A stretch of DNA of 64,000 bases from Longimicrobiales bacterium (lineage in GTDB: Bacteria > Gemmatimonadota > Gemmatimonadetes > Longimicrobiales > Gaopeijiaceae). Shown one piece after another: positions 26,642-38,446 of the stretch (positions are counted from its first letter, which is position 1; the number at the start of each line of letters is the position of its first letter). Made by a program: the position numbers and the translations under genes. The stretch covers positions 2,048,001 through 2,112,000 of the forward strand of contig OZ241869.1 of assembly GCA_965202805.1 (NCBI GenBank), written 5' to 3'. The notes below the pieces were generated by a model, which searched no databases, was not told the DNA's origin, and saw only the letters and a program-made list of their open reading frames with translations.

Positions 26642-29047
26642 ATGAGCATGAGGACTCCGATGAACGCCATCGTCCGTCTTGCGTTCGTGGCCGCAATGGC
26701 TTTGCCGACCGCGGCCACCGCAATTCCCCAGCAGACTCCGCCTGACGATCCCCCCGGGGCTCTTCCCTACGACCTCGCCTTCGGGATGGCGGCTTTCCTC
26801 TGGGACACGCAGTTCGCGGTCTCGGCCGACGGGCGCTTCGTCGCGTACGAGGTGCGGGTTCCTCCCGCCGACACCACGGCCAACCTGGACGAGCGCTACC
26901 AGCCCGATGGGACGCCGAGTTCGATGGTTGGGGCGGCGATCCGATACACGGAGATGGCCACGAAACGCACCGTCGAGGTATGCCCGGGGGGCGCGTGCTG
27001 GCGGCCGGTGTGGTCCCCGGACGGCACGGCGATCGCGTTCTTCTCGGACGGCGACGGCCTGCCGCAGCTGTGGGTGCACGATGTCGCGGCGGGCACATCG
27101 CGCAAGCTCTCCGATGAACCGGTGAAGCCGAAGCTGTGGCACGGCGACGAGCCCCGCTGGAGTCCGGACGGCTCCACGCTGTACGTCGGGTTTGCTCCCG
27201 AGGGGCGGTTCCGCAACCCGGTGCGGCCGGCGGAAGTCCGTGCGGACAATCCGGCGGGCGTGGTCGTACTGCGCAGCGGGAGCGAAACGGCGGCGGCTCC
27301 GGATGCCGACGGGCCGCCCCCCACGCCGATGACCGACCACTACGCGCGCGAGCACCTCGTGGCGGTGAAGGCCATCGATGTCGCCAGCGGGGAAACACGC
27401 GTGCTCGTCCCGCAAGACGCGGAGATCCCTGCCGGAACCCTGCGCCGCTCGGCATCCGGCAGATGGCTGGGATATCTCTCGACCTTCCGGCCGGAAAGCG
27501 ACACGACCCAGTCGACCGTGATGGACGTCGCGGTCGTGTCGGCTGCCGGCGGCGATCCCAATACCGTCGTGCGCAACGTCCCGCTCACCCGGGGCGACTA
27601 CTTCGGCGGCAGCTACGTCTGGCATCCGTCGCACGATCGGCTGATGTACCTGGACGGCAAGCGCATGCACCTGCTCGACCTCCGCTCCGGGTCGCCCGCC
27701 GACCCAGTGCCCCTCGCCCCCGCGCTGGGCGATGTCGCGCCGACCGTCTTCGCATTCACCCGCGACGGGCGGGCCGCGGTCATGGGCGTGGACATCGTCG
27801 ACGACCAGAACTACGGCGACCCGCGCCCACGCTCACTCGCGGTCGTGCCCCTGGACGGCGGCACGCCGACGACCTACGCGATCGACGACGAGCGCTGGAC
27901 GTACGACCAGCTCCTGAAGGCCGACGAGCGGACCGTGTGGCAGCCGGACGGCGCCTCGATCTCCGTCCTCCTCACCGAGCGCTCGACCGGCGACAAGGCG
28001 GTGGTCCGTTACGACGCGGCCACCCCCGACGGCCAGGTGCTGTGGAAGTCCCGGGCGAAGCTCGTCAATCTCACGTCCGGCGGCAGCCACGACTTCATCG
28101 TGGGCCAGTACGAGGACATGCACACGCCCGCGAACATCTTCCGCTTCAACGCGGACTTCTCATCCCGCGAGCGCATCTCCCACATCGATCCGCGCCTGGA
28201 CAACGTCGAGGCCGGCAGCGCGGAGGTTTTCGAGACCAGGGTTCCGCTCCACGACGGCACGCTCGCAACCGTCAAGACGGCCGTGCTGCTCCCGCCCGGG
28301 GCCGAGCGGGGCGACCGCCTGCCAGCCATCGTGACCATGTACCCGGGGGGCGACGTGACCCGCCGGGCCGCCGACTTCGGGGGCGGGAGCGTGTTCACGG
28401 TGCCCAACCTGATCTTCACCAGCCGGGGCTACGCGGTGGTGCTGTGCGACCTGACGCTCGGTCCCAACGAGCAGGCCGGCAACCCGATCCGCGACATGGT
28501 CGACGTGCTGCTGCCCCAGGTCTACCGGGCCGCCGAGCTCGGCTACGTCGACCTGAACCGCCTGGCGATCACGGGTCAGTCGTACGGCGGCTACGGCACC
28601 GGCTCGATCATCACGCGCACCAACATCTTCCGCGCCGCGGTGCCCATCTCCGGCATCTTCGATCTGTTCGGCACCTACGGGCGCATCGACGTCGACGGCG
28701 GCGGGTTCTTCCTGGCCTGGAGCGAGGGCGGACAGGCGCGCATGGGGACGCATCCGTGGGCGGACGTGCGCCGCTATCTGGACAACTCCCCCTACTACAA
28801 CGCGGACAAGATCTCCACCCCGGTGCTGATCGTGCATGGCACCGCGGACATGGCCTACCACGACGCCGGCAAGCTCTTCAGCGCCCTCCGGCGGCTGGGC
28901 AAGCCGGCACAGCTCGCCTCGTACCTGGATCAGGGCCACGTCATCTCGTCCTGGAAGCGGGAGAGCGCGGTCGACGCGGCCCGTCGCATGGTGGAGTTCT
29001 ACCGGCGGCACCTGGGAGAGCCGGAATCGAGCCCCGCCATCCCTTGA
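26642..29047 (+). CDS. S9 (prolyl oligopeptidase/acylaminoacyl peptidase) serine peptidase with N-terminal propeller
   Basis: Signal peptide; PD40 'PVWSPDG', 'PRWSPDG'; nucleophile 'GQSYGG', 'HGTAD', 'GH'; GGAGGA RBS. Confidence 0.9.
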   Translation: MSMRTPMNAIVRLAFVAAMALPTAATAIPQQTPPDDPPGALPYDLAFGMAAFLWDTQFAVSADGRFVAYEVRVPPADTTANLDERYQPDGTPSSMVGAAIRYTEMATKRTVEVCPGGACWRPVWSPDGTAIAFFSDGDGLPQLWVHDVAAGTSRKLSDEPVKPKLWHGDEPRWSPDGSTLYVGFAPEGRFRNPVRPAEVRADNPAGVVVLRSGSETAAAPDADGPPPTPMTDHYAREHLVAVKAIDVASGETRVLVPQDAEIPAGTLRRSASGRWLGYLSTFRPESDTTQSTVMDVAVVSAAGGDPNTVVRNVPLTRGDYFGGSYVWHPSHDRLMYLDGKRMHLLDLRSGSPADPVPLAPALGDVAPTVFAFTRDGRAAVMGVDIVDDQNYGDPRPRSLAVVPLDGGTPTTYAIDDERWTYDQLLKADERTVWQPDGASISVLLTERSTGDKAVVRYDAATPDGQVLWKSRAKLVNLTSGGSHDFIVGQYEDMHTPANIFRFNADFSSRERISHIDPRLDNVEAGSAEVFETRVPLHDGTLATVKTAVLLPPGAERGDRLPAIVTMYPGGDVTRRAADFGGGSVFTVPNLIFTSRGYAVVLCDLTLGPNEQAGNPIRDMVDVLLPQVYRAAELGYVDLNRLAITGQSYGGYGTGSIITRTNIFRAAVPISGIFDLFGTYGRIDVDGGGFFLAWSEGGQARMGTHPWADVRRYLDNSPYYNADKISTPVLIVHGTADMAYHDAGKLFSALRRLGKPAQLASYLDQGHVISSWKRESAVDAARRMVEFYRRHLGEPESSPAIP

Positions 29048-29114
29048 TTCCAGCCCGGATCGCATCCTTCTTTCCCAACAGGACCACCACCTCCAACTCA
29101 ACCCGGGACCACTC

Positions 29115-29543
29115 ATGCAGCTCGGCGCCTTCTCCGTCAGCCTCTCGGTCGAGGATCTCGAAGCCTCCAGGTCCTTCTACGAGAAGCTCGGGTTCCGGCA
29201 GACCGGCGGCGGCGGCACCGGATACCTGATCATGGTCAACGACACCACGATCATCGGCCTCTTCCACGGGATGTTCGAGGGCAACATCCTCACCTTCAAT
29301 CCCGGGCTGGCGCAGGACATGTCGCGCCCGGAGATCTTCACCGACGTGCGCGAGATCCGCGCGTCGCTGGTGGCGGATGGCGTGGAGATGTCGACCGATA
29401 CGGACCCGGACGGCACGGGGCCGGCGCACATCGTGGTGGTGGACCCCGACGGCAACCCGGTGCTGATCGACCAGTTCTTCCCCAGGCCGGGGAGCGAGGG
29501 GGATGAGGCACGCTCCGAAGATGATCCCGGCAGGAAACCTTGA
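29115..29543 (+). CDS. VOC (glyoxalase) family protein
   Basis: '[27 protein letters not shown]', '[13 protein letters not shown]', '[11 protein letters not shown]'. Confidence 0.9.
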   Translation: MQLGAFSVSLSVEDLEASRSFYEKLGFRQTGGGGTGYLIMVNDTTIIGLFHGMFEGNILTFNPGLAQDMSRPEIFTDVREIRASLVADGVEMSTDTDPDGTGPAHIVVVDPDGNPVLIDQFFPRPGSEGDEARSEDDPGRKP

Positions 29544-29761
29544 GCCGAACCGAAGTCCAGCGCACCATCGCGGCGCCTCCCCCGTAACGATCCCGTCGCG
29601 AATCGCCTGATTCCCCTCCCGGGCCTCGATGCGCGGGCACCGGGGTTTGCATCGTTGTTCGAGCGCATCCAGCTTTGGGGGCTTAAGGTTCGGGACCACG
29701 ATACGCGGACGGATCCCGCGGAGAGCAGCGAACCCTTCGACCCTCTCAGAGACGCACATCC

Positions 29762-32032
<2,271 letters not shown>

Positions 32033-32139
32033 CAACCCCTGGATCGGCAGCAGCCCGTGGACGGACTCCCCCCGGCATTCGAGCGGCGATGCCTCCGAGT
32101 CGCACCGCACGCGCCCGATCTCTTCCGAAGGAGCAAGAC

Positions 32140-33543
32140 ATGACATTCGATGCACGCGCGCGGCGTCGCTCAGGCGGCGCGGCGCTCTTCCTGCTTGTGT
32201 TCGTCCCCGCGCTCGCGGAGGATCTGGCTGCCCAGAAGCCGGCCTACATCCCGGAAGACGTCCCGGCCCGCGTCCAGCCCCTGCCCTCCCTGCGCGAGCA
32301 GGCGGCTGAGCAGCAGGAGTGGCTTGAGCTTCGCATCGGGCGGATTCTGCCGGCGCTGATGGCGGAATACGACGTGCGCATGTGGATCCTGTCGATGCGC
32401 GAATACGCCGAGGATCCCGTCTTCTGGTCGATCACCTCGCCGACCACCTTCGCCGCCCGCCGGCGCTCGATCTACGTCTTCACCCGCCAGGACGACGGCA
32501 CGGTGGAGCGGCTGGCGCTGGGCGGGACCGACCAGGGCGGGGTCTTCCAGGCGTACCGCTCCACCCGGCCGGCGCCCACCCAGCCCACCGCGGAACTGGT
32601 CGGCAACGAGCAGTGGCGGCTGCTGCGCGAGCTGGTGGAGGACCGCGATCCCGAGAACATCGTCCTCAACATCGATCCCGACTGGGCCTTCTCCGACGGA
32701 CTGCACGCCGGCGAGCGCGAGGAGCTGGAGGAGGCGCTGGGCCCGGAGCTGATGATGCGCGTGAAGCGCGAGCCGCGCCTGGCCATGAACTACATCGCCC
32801 TGCGCCTGCCGGAGATGATGCCCCGCTACCGCAAGATCGAAGAGACGGTGCACGCGGTCATCTCGGAGGCGTTCTCGAACGCGGTGATCACGCCCGGGGA
32901 AACCACCATCGAGGACGTGGAGTGGTGGATGCGCCAGCGGGTGCGCGACCTGGGCTATACGGTCTGGTTCCAGGCCAACGTGGACGTCCAGCGGGCGGGC
33001 GACGTGCCCACGGACGGCCCCGCGGTGATCGAGCGCGGCGACCTGCTCTGGACCGACTTCGGCGTGGTGGCCCAGAACCTCCACACCGACACCCAGCACC
33101 TGGGCTACGTCCTGCGCGAAGGCGAGACCGAGGTGCCCGCGGGGCTCCGGCAGTGCATGGCCAACTCGAACCGCCTCCAGGACATCCTGCTCGAGCACAT
33201 GGAGCCGGGGCTCACCGGCAACGTGATCCTGGCCAACACGCTGGCGCAGATGCGCGAAGAGGGCATCAACGGGACCGTCTACACGCACCCCATCGGCGAC
33301 CACGGCCACGGCGCCGGGCCGCTGATCGGGCGCTGGGACGGGCAGGAGGGGGTGCCGGTGCGCGGCGACGCGGTGCTGCTGCCCTCGACCTGGCACTCGA
33401 TCGAGCTGCAGGCCACGACCCCGATCCCGGAGTGGGACGGCAAGCCGGCGAGCTGCCGTCAGGAGGAGGAGGCGTACCTCGACGCCGACGGCGCGCGGCA
33501 CTGGGTGTTCCGCAGGCAGAGCCGGTTCCACATCGTGTGGTAG
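32140..33543 (+). CDS. M24 family metallopeptidase (Xaa-Pro aminopeptidase-like), exported
   Basis: 'WTDFG...HTDTQH', 'YTHPIGDHGHGAGPLIG', 'SIEL', 'QEE'; AAGGAG RBS; signal peptide. Confidence 0.85.
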   Translation: MTFDARARRRSGGAALFLLVFVPALAEDLAAQKPAYIPEDVPARVQPLPSLREQAAEQQEWLELRIGRILPALMAEYDVRMWILSMREYAEDPVFWSITSPTTFAARRRSIYVFTRQDDGTVERLALGGTDQGGVFQAYRSTRPAPTQPTAELVGNEQWRLLRELVEDRDPENIVLNIDPDWAFSDGLHAGEREELEEALGPELMMRVKREPRLAMNYIALRLPEMMPRYRKIEETVHAVISEAFSNAVITPGETTIEDVEWWMRQRVRDLGYTVWFQANVDVQRAGDVPTDGPAVIERGDLLWTDFGVVAQNLHTDTQHLGYVLREGETEVPAGLRQCMANSNRLQDILLEHMEPGLTGNVILANTLAQMREEGINGTVYTHPIGDHGHGAGPLIGRWDGQEGVPVRGDAVLLPSTWHSIELQATTPIPEWDGKPASCRQEEEAYLDADGARHWVFRRQSRFHIVW

Positions 33544-33597
33544 GGACCGCCGGTCACGGGGGAATCGCCGCCTCCGCCACCTGTGACGGCTGGCAGG

Positions 33598-34176
33598 TCA
33601 GTTCGGAGTCGGCGGCGTGACGACCGCGAGGCGGCCGCCGTCGTCCGGGGTCACCAGGATCACGTCTCGCGCGTCCGCGGAGACGATGGTGCTGAGAACC
33701 ATGGCCGGGTCGCCGGAGGAGTCGGACGGGTCCGGGTTGGCGGCCGGGCTGGTGGTCGAATCGTCGAAGGACTGCGTCGGCGGGTCGGGAAGGAAGCTCA
33801 CTTCGAGCGCGTGACGCCCGGGCGGGATCGGGAAGCGCTCGTGGACGCTGACGGTGCGGGCCCGCGCGCTCGACCGACCCACCGGCCCGGCCCGGAGGGT
33901 GTCACCGTCCAGCAGAATCGTGAGCCGGAAGGACACCGCTTCGTCCGTGCACACCTCCGTCGGGCGCATGTGCGGGAGGACGCCCCTCAGTTCGGCCTCC
34001 GTCGGCGGACGGCATCGCCGGTTGGATGGAGCCGGGATGCGCCACGACACCCGCAGTTCGGCGGCGTCCCCGGCCGAGGAGCGCCACGCGACCCGGGACA
34101 GGAGGACGATCCCGAGCAGGACGGTCACCGTCAGGGCCACGGCCGCCAGCTTCCGCGTGAACGTCGCTGCGGTCAT
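33598..34176 (-). CDS. Single-TM hypothetical protein translationally coupled to the cytochrome b fusion
   Basis: ATGA overlap at 34173-34176; TM helix then 'CRPPTEAEL...HMRPTEVC'. Confidence 0.7.
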   Translation of the reverse strand: MTAATFTRKLAAVALTVTVLLGIVLLSRVAWRSSAGDAAELRVSWRIPAPSNRRCRPPTEAELRGVLPHMRPTEVCTDEAVSFRLTILLDGDTLRAGPVGRSSARARTVSVHERFPIPPGRHALEVSFLPDPPTQSFDDSTTSPAANPDPSDSSGDPAMVLSTIVSADARDVILVTPDDGGRLAVVTPPTPN

Positions 34177-35714
34177 CGGGCCGCCGCCTTCCCGGGCACC
34201 TCGCACTCCGTGTCGATGGCGATCCCGTCTTCCCGGGTGGGGGCGTCGAGGAGCCCCAGCTCGCTCGCGAAATCAGCCCGGGCGCTCGCGAGGGCCTGCT
34301 CGTCGAAGCCGGACGCGTAGACGACCCGTACTCTCCGCCGGTCGACGCGCGCCTGCAGCTCCGCCTCTCTTTCGTGGTACAGCCGCTCGACGAGCCACCG
34401 GGGCCCCTCCCGGCCCCAGCAGTCGCGGGGCGGACACGCCACCACCAGAACACCGCCCACCCCGGCGCGCACCAGGTACTCCACCACCGAACTGTGCAGG
34501 TTGCCCGCGCACGACACCAGGAAGCGGCGGGAGTCCCTCCCCTGGCCCGGACCGGCCGCGGACCGGCCGCACCCCACCACCACGATGTCCCCGCGCCCGA
34601 GCACCCGGCCTGCCGCGAACTCCCTGACGCGGCTCAGCTGGTCCCTGCCGGTGCGGCCGGGCGGCCCCACCCCCATGGGCGCGCACGACCCGGCGCAAAT
34701 GCCGCAACTGACGCAGGCGGCCGGATTCACGCGGGCGACCAGACCCTCGCGCCCGTCGGTGCGTTCGACCATCCGGATGGCGTCCCAGGGACAGTCCACG
34801 TAGCACTGCTCGCACCCGGTGCACAGGCGCGTCGACGCCACCGAGGGCGCCGGCCGGCGGTCGGCGCGGGGACGCGTCAGGAGCGGCACGGCCAGCAGGG
34901 CCGTCCCCACCACCGCCGCGGCGAGCCACACCACCCCGGCGGAGGCGGAGCGGGCCGCCGGCAGCCAGAAGGCGTAGAAGACGTCCAGCACCACCTCCCC
35001 GGGCACCCGCAGCAGCTCCGCCGCGGGCGCCAGCGGGACGGGCAGAAGAACCGCCGCCGCGACCAGCAGCCCGACCGTCCACCGGAGGAGCGGCCGCGGA
35101 GGCAGCATGACCGGCCGGGCGACCCGGGACACGTGCAGCCAGAGAAAGATCACGATGCCGACCGGCAGCGCGATGTGCAGGAAGAGGTTCATGAAGAAGA
35201 AGGCGGCGGGCAGCGGGTCGGCGCCCGAGAAAGTCCGGGATATCGGTTCGGAGAAGAGCGGCAGGGCGTCGAGCAGCCGCGCACCCTCGGCGGCGAGCAA
35301 CTGCCCCTGCGCGTCCCACACCATCACGTAGCCCGTCCAGCCGCAGACGTACAGCAGGAACACCAGGAAGACGCCCGAAACCCAGGCGAGCGCGCGCGGC
35401 CCCCAGCTGCGGCCCTGGCAGAACATCCGCAGGGCGTGGGCGGCCGCGGCGACCACGGCCAGGTCCGCCGCGTACCGGTGGAGCGACCGAATCCAGCGCC
35501 CTCCCCACACCTGGGCATCGATGCGGGCGACGGATTCCCAGGGTGCCCCGATGCGGTAGAACAGGACCAGATAGAGCCCGGTGACGAGCACGACCGCCAG
35601 GCACGCCACCACCAGCGCGCCGGACTGGTAGAGCGGGTTCCACTTCCAGCCATGGAGGCGGTCCACCCAGGAGTCGACGCGCCGCAGGGATTGCCCGAGG
35701 ATTCGCTTGAGCAT
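34173..35714 (-). CDS. Cytochrome b/b6 N-terminal + 2x[4Fe-4S] ferredoxin + MvhD/FlpD-like [2Fe-2S] fusion protein
   Basis: Heme His pairs 'RSLHRYAAD...AAHALR' and 'LFLHIAL...WLHV'; 'CTGCEQCYVDCP', 'CVSCGICAGSC'; 'VGC', 'SCAG', 'ACPPRDCWGREG'. Confidence 0.88.
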   Translation of the reverse strand: MLKRILGQSLRRVDSWVDRLHGWKWNPLYQSGALVVACLAVVLVTGLYLVLFYRIGAPWESVARIDAQVWGGRWIRSLHRYAADLAVVAAAAHALRMFCQGRSWGPRALAWVSGVFLVFLLYVCGWTGYVMVWDAQGQLLAAEGARLLDALPLFSEPISRTFSGADPLPAAFFFMNLFLHIALPVGIVIFLWLHVSRVARPVMLPPRPLLRWTVGLLVAAAVLLPVPLAPAAELLRVPGEVVLDVFYAFWLPAARSASAGVVWLAAAVVGTALLAVPLLTRPRADRRPAPSVASTRLCTGCEQCYVDCPWDAIRMVERTDGREGLVARVNPAACVSCGICAGSCAPMGVGPPGRTGRDQLSRVREFAAGRVLGRGDIVVVGCGRSAAGPGQGRDSRRFLVSCAGNLHSSVVEYLVRAGVGGVLVVACPPRDCWGREGPRWLVERLYHEREAELQARVDRRRVRVVYASGFDEQALASARADFASELGLLDAPTREDGIAIDTECEVPGKAAAR

Positions 35715-35829
35715 GGTGGTGTTCGCCGATTCGGCCGGAATGGACGTCGGGGGATCGCGCTCGCGTCCGCCTCCAGCCGCAACCGATTTCAGCCGGTTTC
35801 GCCGGAGGCCGCGAACGCTTGCGCGAGCA

Positions 35830-35856
35830 TAAGTACCATATCATCATGACCTTATC
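35830..35856. promoter_or_regulatory. AT-rich imperfect palindrome (ATAAG-N17-CTTAT) in divergent promoter region; possible operator
   Basis: ataagtaccatatcatcatgaccttat; only the 5-bp ends pair. Confidence 0.3.
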
Positions 35857-35963
35857 CAGCATAGAGCACCGCGACGTGACCGAAGGCTCGCATGACCTCC
35901 AGGACGGCCGGCAACGCCCTTCCGGGGCGCGCCTGACCCCCAAACCCGAAGGAGCGCACACCC

Positions 35964-36149
35964 ATGGCCGACTCCGTCTCCCCTTCACCGCCCCCGGGTG
36001 ACGAGGACGGGACCCCGGTTCCCCTCATGCAACGCCTCTACGACAGCCCGTTCCTGCTTCTCGCCGCGTGCATCCTGGTGATGTTCGTGTTCTTCACGGC
36101 GTGGGGCATGATCGAAATCATGTCGCTCGAACCCGCACCTTTGCCGTAG
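35964..36149 (+). CDS. Small single-TM subunit of the heme-copper complex (subunit IIa-like)
   Basis: AAGGAG RBS; 'PLMQRLYDSPFLLL...FTAWGMIEI' TM directly before subunit II. Confidence 0.75.
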   Translation: MADSVSPSPPPGDEDGTPVPLMQRLYDSPFLLLAACILVMFVFFTAWGMIEIMSLEPAPLP

Positions 36150-36164
36150 GGAGGGCCGCCGCCG

Positions 36165-36728
36165 ATGTACCGAACGGGAATCGAACCGCCGGAACGGATC
36201 TGGTGGAAGAAGATCGACCGCCACGAGAAGGTATGGGTGTGGATCGCCTTCGCGTGGTGCATGGTGCTCTTCGCGATGATGCCCCTCTGGCACCTGCGGG
36301 GCGGCCAGAACCCCTCCGGGATCCGGCACCGGGTGGAGCCGGCCGACTACCAGGCGAGGGTCACGGAGTTCATCCGGGAATACCAGGTGGGCACCGACAG
36401 CGGCTTCCCCGTAGTCGAACCGCCTCCGGGAAGCGATGTCTACCTGCAGGCGACGAGCTTCGCCTGGATGCCGGTGCTGCGGTTGCAACAGGGAGCCGAG
36501 TACGTCCTCCATCTCTCGTCGCTGGACGTGAACCACGGGTTCAACCTGTACCCCCTCAACATCAATTTCCAGGTCGTTCCCGGATATGACTACGGCCTCC
36601 GGGTGGTCCCCAACGAGCCCGGTGAGTTCCACATCATATGCAACGAGTTCTGCGGAATCGGCCACCACCTGATGGTCGGCAAGATCATCGTCGAGCCGGC
36701 GGACGCGGAACAGGAAGGTGACCTGTGA
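36165..36728 (+). CDS. Heme-copper oxidoreductase subunit II (CuA), B-family type
   Basis: One TM; 'DVNHGF', CuA 'CNEFCGIGHHLM'. Confidence 0.93.
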   Translation: MYRTGIEPPERIWWKKIDRHEKVWVWIAFAWCMVLFAMMPLWHLRGGQNPSGIRHRVEPADYQARVTEFIREYQVGTDSGFPVVEPPPGSDVYLQATSFAWMPVLRLQQGAEYVLHLSSLDVNHGFNLYPLNINFQVVPGYDYGLRVVPNEPGEFHIICNEFCGIGHHLMVGKIIVEPADAEQEGDL

Positions 36729-38446
36729 ACATCTTCCGGACCTGCCCGACGACCGGCCTTCAGGTGCATCGAACCGCCGACCGCCTCATTCAGGCCAACG
36801 CGGTCGCGGCGACCGTGGCGCTCCTCATCGGGGGAATCGCGGCGCTGCTCGTCCTGCTGACGCGCTGGGAGGCCGTCCTCCTCCTCGACGCCGGCATGTT
36901 CTACCGCATGCTCACCGTGCACGGCATGAACATGCTCATCTTCTTCATCATCTTCTTCGAGATGGCCGTGCTCTACTTCGCGTCCGCCGTCCTGCTCAAC
37001 TGCAGGGTGCCGGCGCCCAGGGCCGGCTGGATCGCCTTCGCGCTCATGGTCGGCGGGGCGCTCATGGTCGAGTGGACGATGTGGACGGGCCGCGCCGACG
37101 TCCTGTTCACCTCCTACGTGCCGCTGCGGGCCCACCCGCTCTTCTATCTGGGGGTGATCCTGTTCGCGGTCGGCGCCCTGACCGTGGTCGGCCATTTCTT
37201 CGGCATCCTGACCGTGGCCAGGCGCGAGAATGCGTACGAGGGGTCGATGCCGCTGGTCACCTTCGGAGCACTCACCGCGGCCGCGATCGCGGCGGTCACC
37301 CTGCTGCACGGGGCGATCATCTACATCCCCACCTTCCTCTGGTCCCTCGGCCTCATGGAGGTCGATCCCCAGATGTACCGCCTGATCTGGTGGGGGCTCG
37401 GCCACTCCTCGCAGCAGATCAACGTGGCCGCCATGGTCTCGATCTGGTATCTGCTGGGCGCGCTCACGGTGGGCGCCGTGGTCCTGAACGAGAAAGTCAG
37501 CCGCACGGCGTTCGTCCTCTACGTCCTCTTCATCTCGATGGCCTCCGCGCACCACCTGCTGGTCGACCCCGGGATGGGACCGGCGTGGAAGATCTGGAAC
37601 ACCAGCTACTTCATGTACATGGCCGTTCTGGCCTCGATGCTCCACGGCTTCACCGTACCGGCCGGCATCGAATTGGGAATGCGCCTGCGGGGGGCGACCC
37701 AGGGGCTCTTCGGGTGGCTGAAGCGGGCCCCCTGGGGCGATCCCGGATTCAGCTCGCTGGTCTTCTCCATCGTGGTGTTCGGCTTCGTGGGCGGGATCAC
37801 GGGAGTGACCTTCGGCACCGAACAGATCAACATCATCGCCCACAACACGCTGCGGATTCCCGGCCACTTCCACGCCACCGTGGTGTCGGGGACGGCGATG
37901 GCCTTCATGGGGATCACCTACTACGTCATTCCGCTCATCTTCCGGCGCGAGATCGCCTTCTACCCGCTGGCCCGCATCCAGCCCTACCTGTTCGCCGTCG
38001 GCATGCTGGTGTTCTCGATGGCGATGACCTTCGCGGGCACCTTCGGCGTTCCGCGCAGGCACTGGAACGCCTCGTTCACGGGCGCGGTCTTCCAGCCCGA
38101 GTTCTCGCCCGCCGTCAACCTGATCATCGGCGTGATGGCGGTGGGCGGGCTGATCGCCATCGCCGGCGGCGCCATCTACATCGTGGTGACGGTGGTGTCG
38201 GTGTTCTTCGGGAAGAAGATGGCCGCGGACGATTCGGGGCTGGGCGCCGAGAGACGCGGTCTGCCTCCGGGCATCACCCATCCGCCACGCGCCCTGGTGG
38301 CGGAGGACAGCGAGGCGCTCGAACCCTCGGGCCGCATGGGACCGGTGCCGGGGACGATGGTGCTGGTGTTTATCTTCCTGGCCGCGTTCATCACCTACTA
38401 CTTCGTGAACTGGACGCTGCTTTCGTTCCTGTGGGAGGTCGGATGA
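36725..38446 (+). CDS. Heme-copper superfamily subunit I, probable eNOR-type nitric oxide reductase
   Basis: Six His ligands ('TVHG', 'GHSSQQ', 'AHH', 'GHFH'); helix VI H+4 position is Gln, not Tyr; GTG start overlapping subunit II stop. Confidence 0.8.
   Translation: MNIFRTCPTTGLQVHRTADRLIQANAVAATVALLIGGIAALLVLLTRWEAVLLLDAGMFYRMLTVHGMNMLIFFIIFFEMAVLYFASAVLLNCRVPAPRAGWIAFALMVGGALMVEWTMWTGRADVLFTSYVPLRAHPLFYLGVILFAVGALTVVGHFFGILTVARRENAYEGSMPLVTFGALTAAAIAAVTLLHGAIIYIPTFLWSLGLMEVDPQMYRLIWWGLGHSSQQINVAAMVSIWYLLGALTVGAVVLNEKVSRTAFVLYVLFISMASAHHLLVDPGMGPAWKIWNTSYFMYMAVLASMLHGFTVPAGIELGMRLRGATQGLFGWLKRAPWGDPGFSSLVFSIVVFGFVGGITGVTFGTEQINIIAHNTLRIPGHFHATVVSGTAMAFMGITYYVIPLIFRREIAFYPLARIQPYLFAVGMLVFSMAMTFAGTFGVPRRHWNASFTGAVFQPEFSPAVNLIIGVMAVGGLIAIAGGAIYIVVTVVSVFFGKKMAADDSGLGAERRGLPPGITHPPRALVAEDSEALEPSGRMGPVPGTMVLVFIFLAAFITYYFVNWTLLSFLWEVG

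Noticed and set aside
34173..35714. Evidence for a hydrogenase or a standard bc1 complex
   Set aside because: No NiFe/FeFe catalytic subunit, Rieske or cytochrome c1 gene in the window; MvhD is only a fused domain
35715..35963. FNR/DNR box upstream of the eNOR operon
   Set aside because: No TTGAT-N4-ATCAA match found; only a weak ATAAG/CTTAT palindrome
36725..38446. Ordinary ba3/cbb3 oxygen reductase
   Set aside because: Helix VI lacks the HPxVY Tyr, and subunit II is CuA-type rather than the cytochrome c of cbb3
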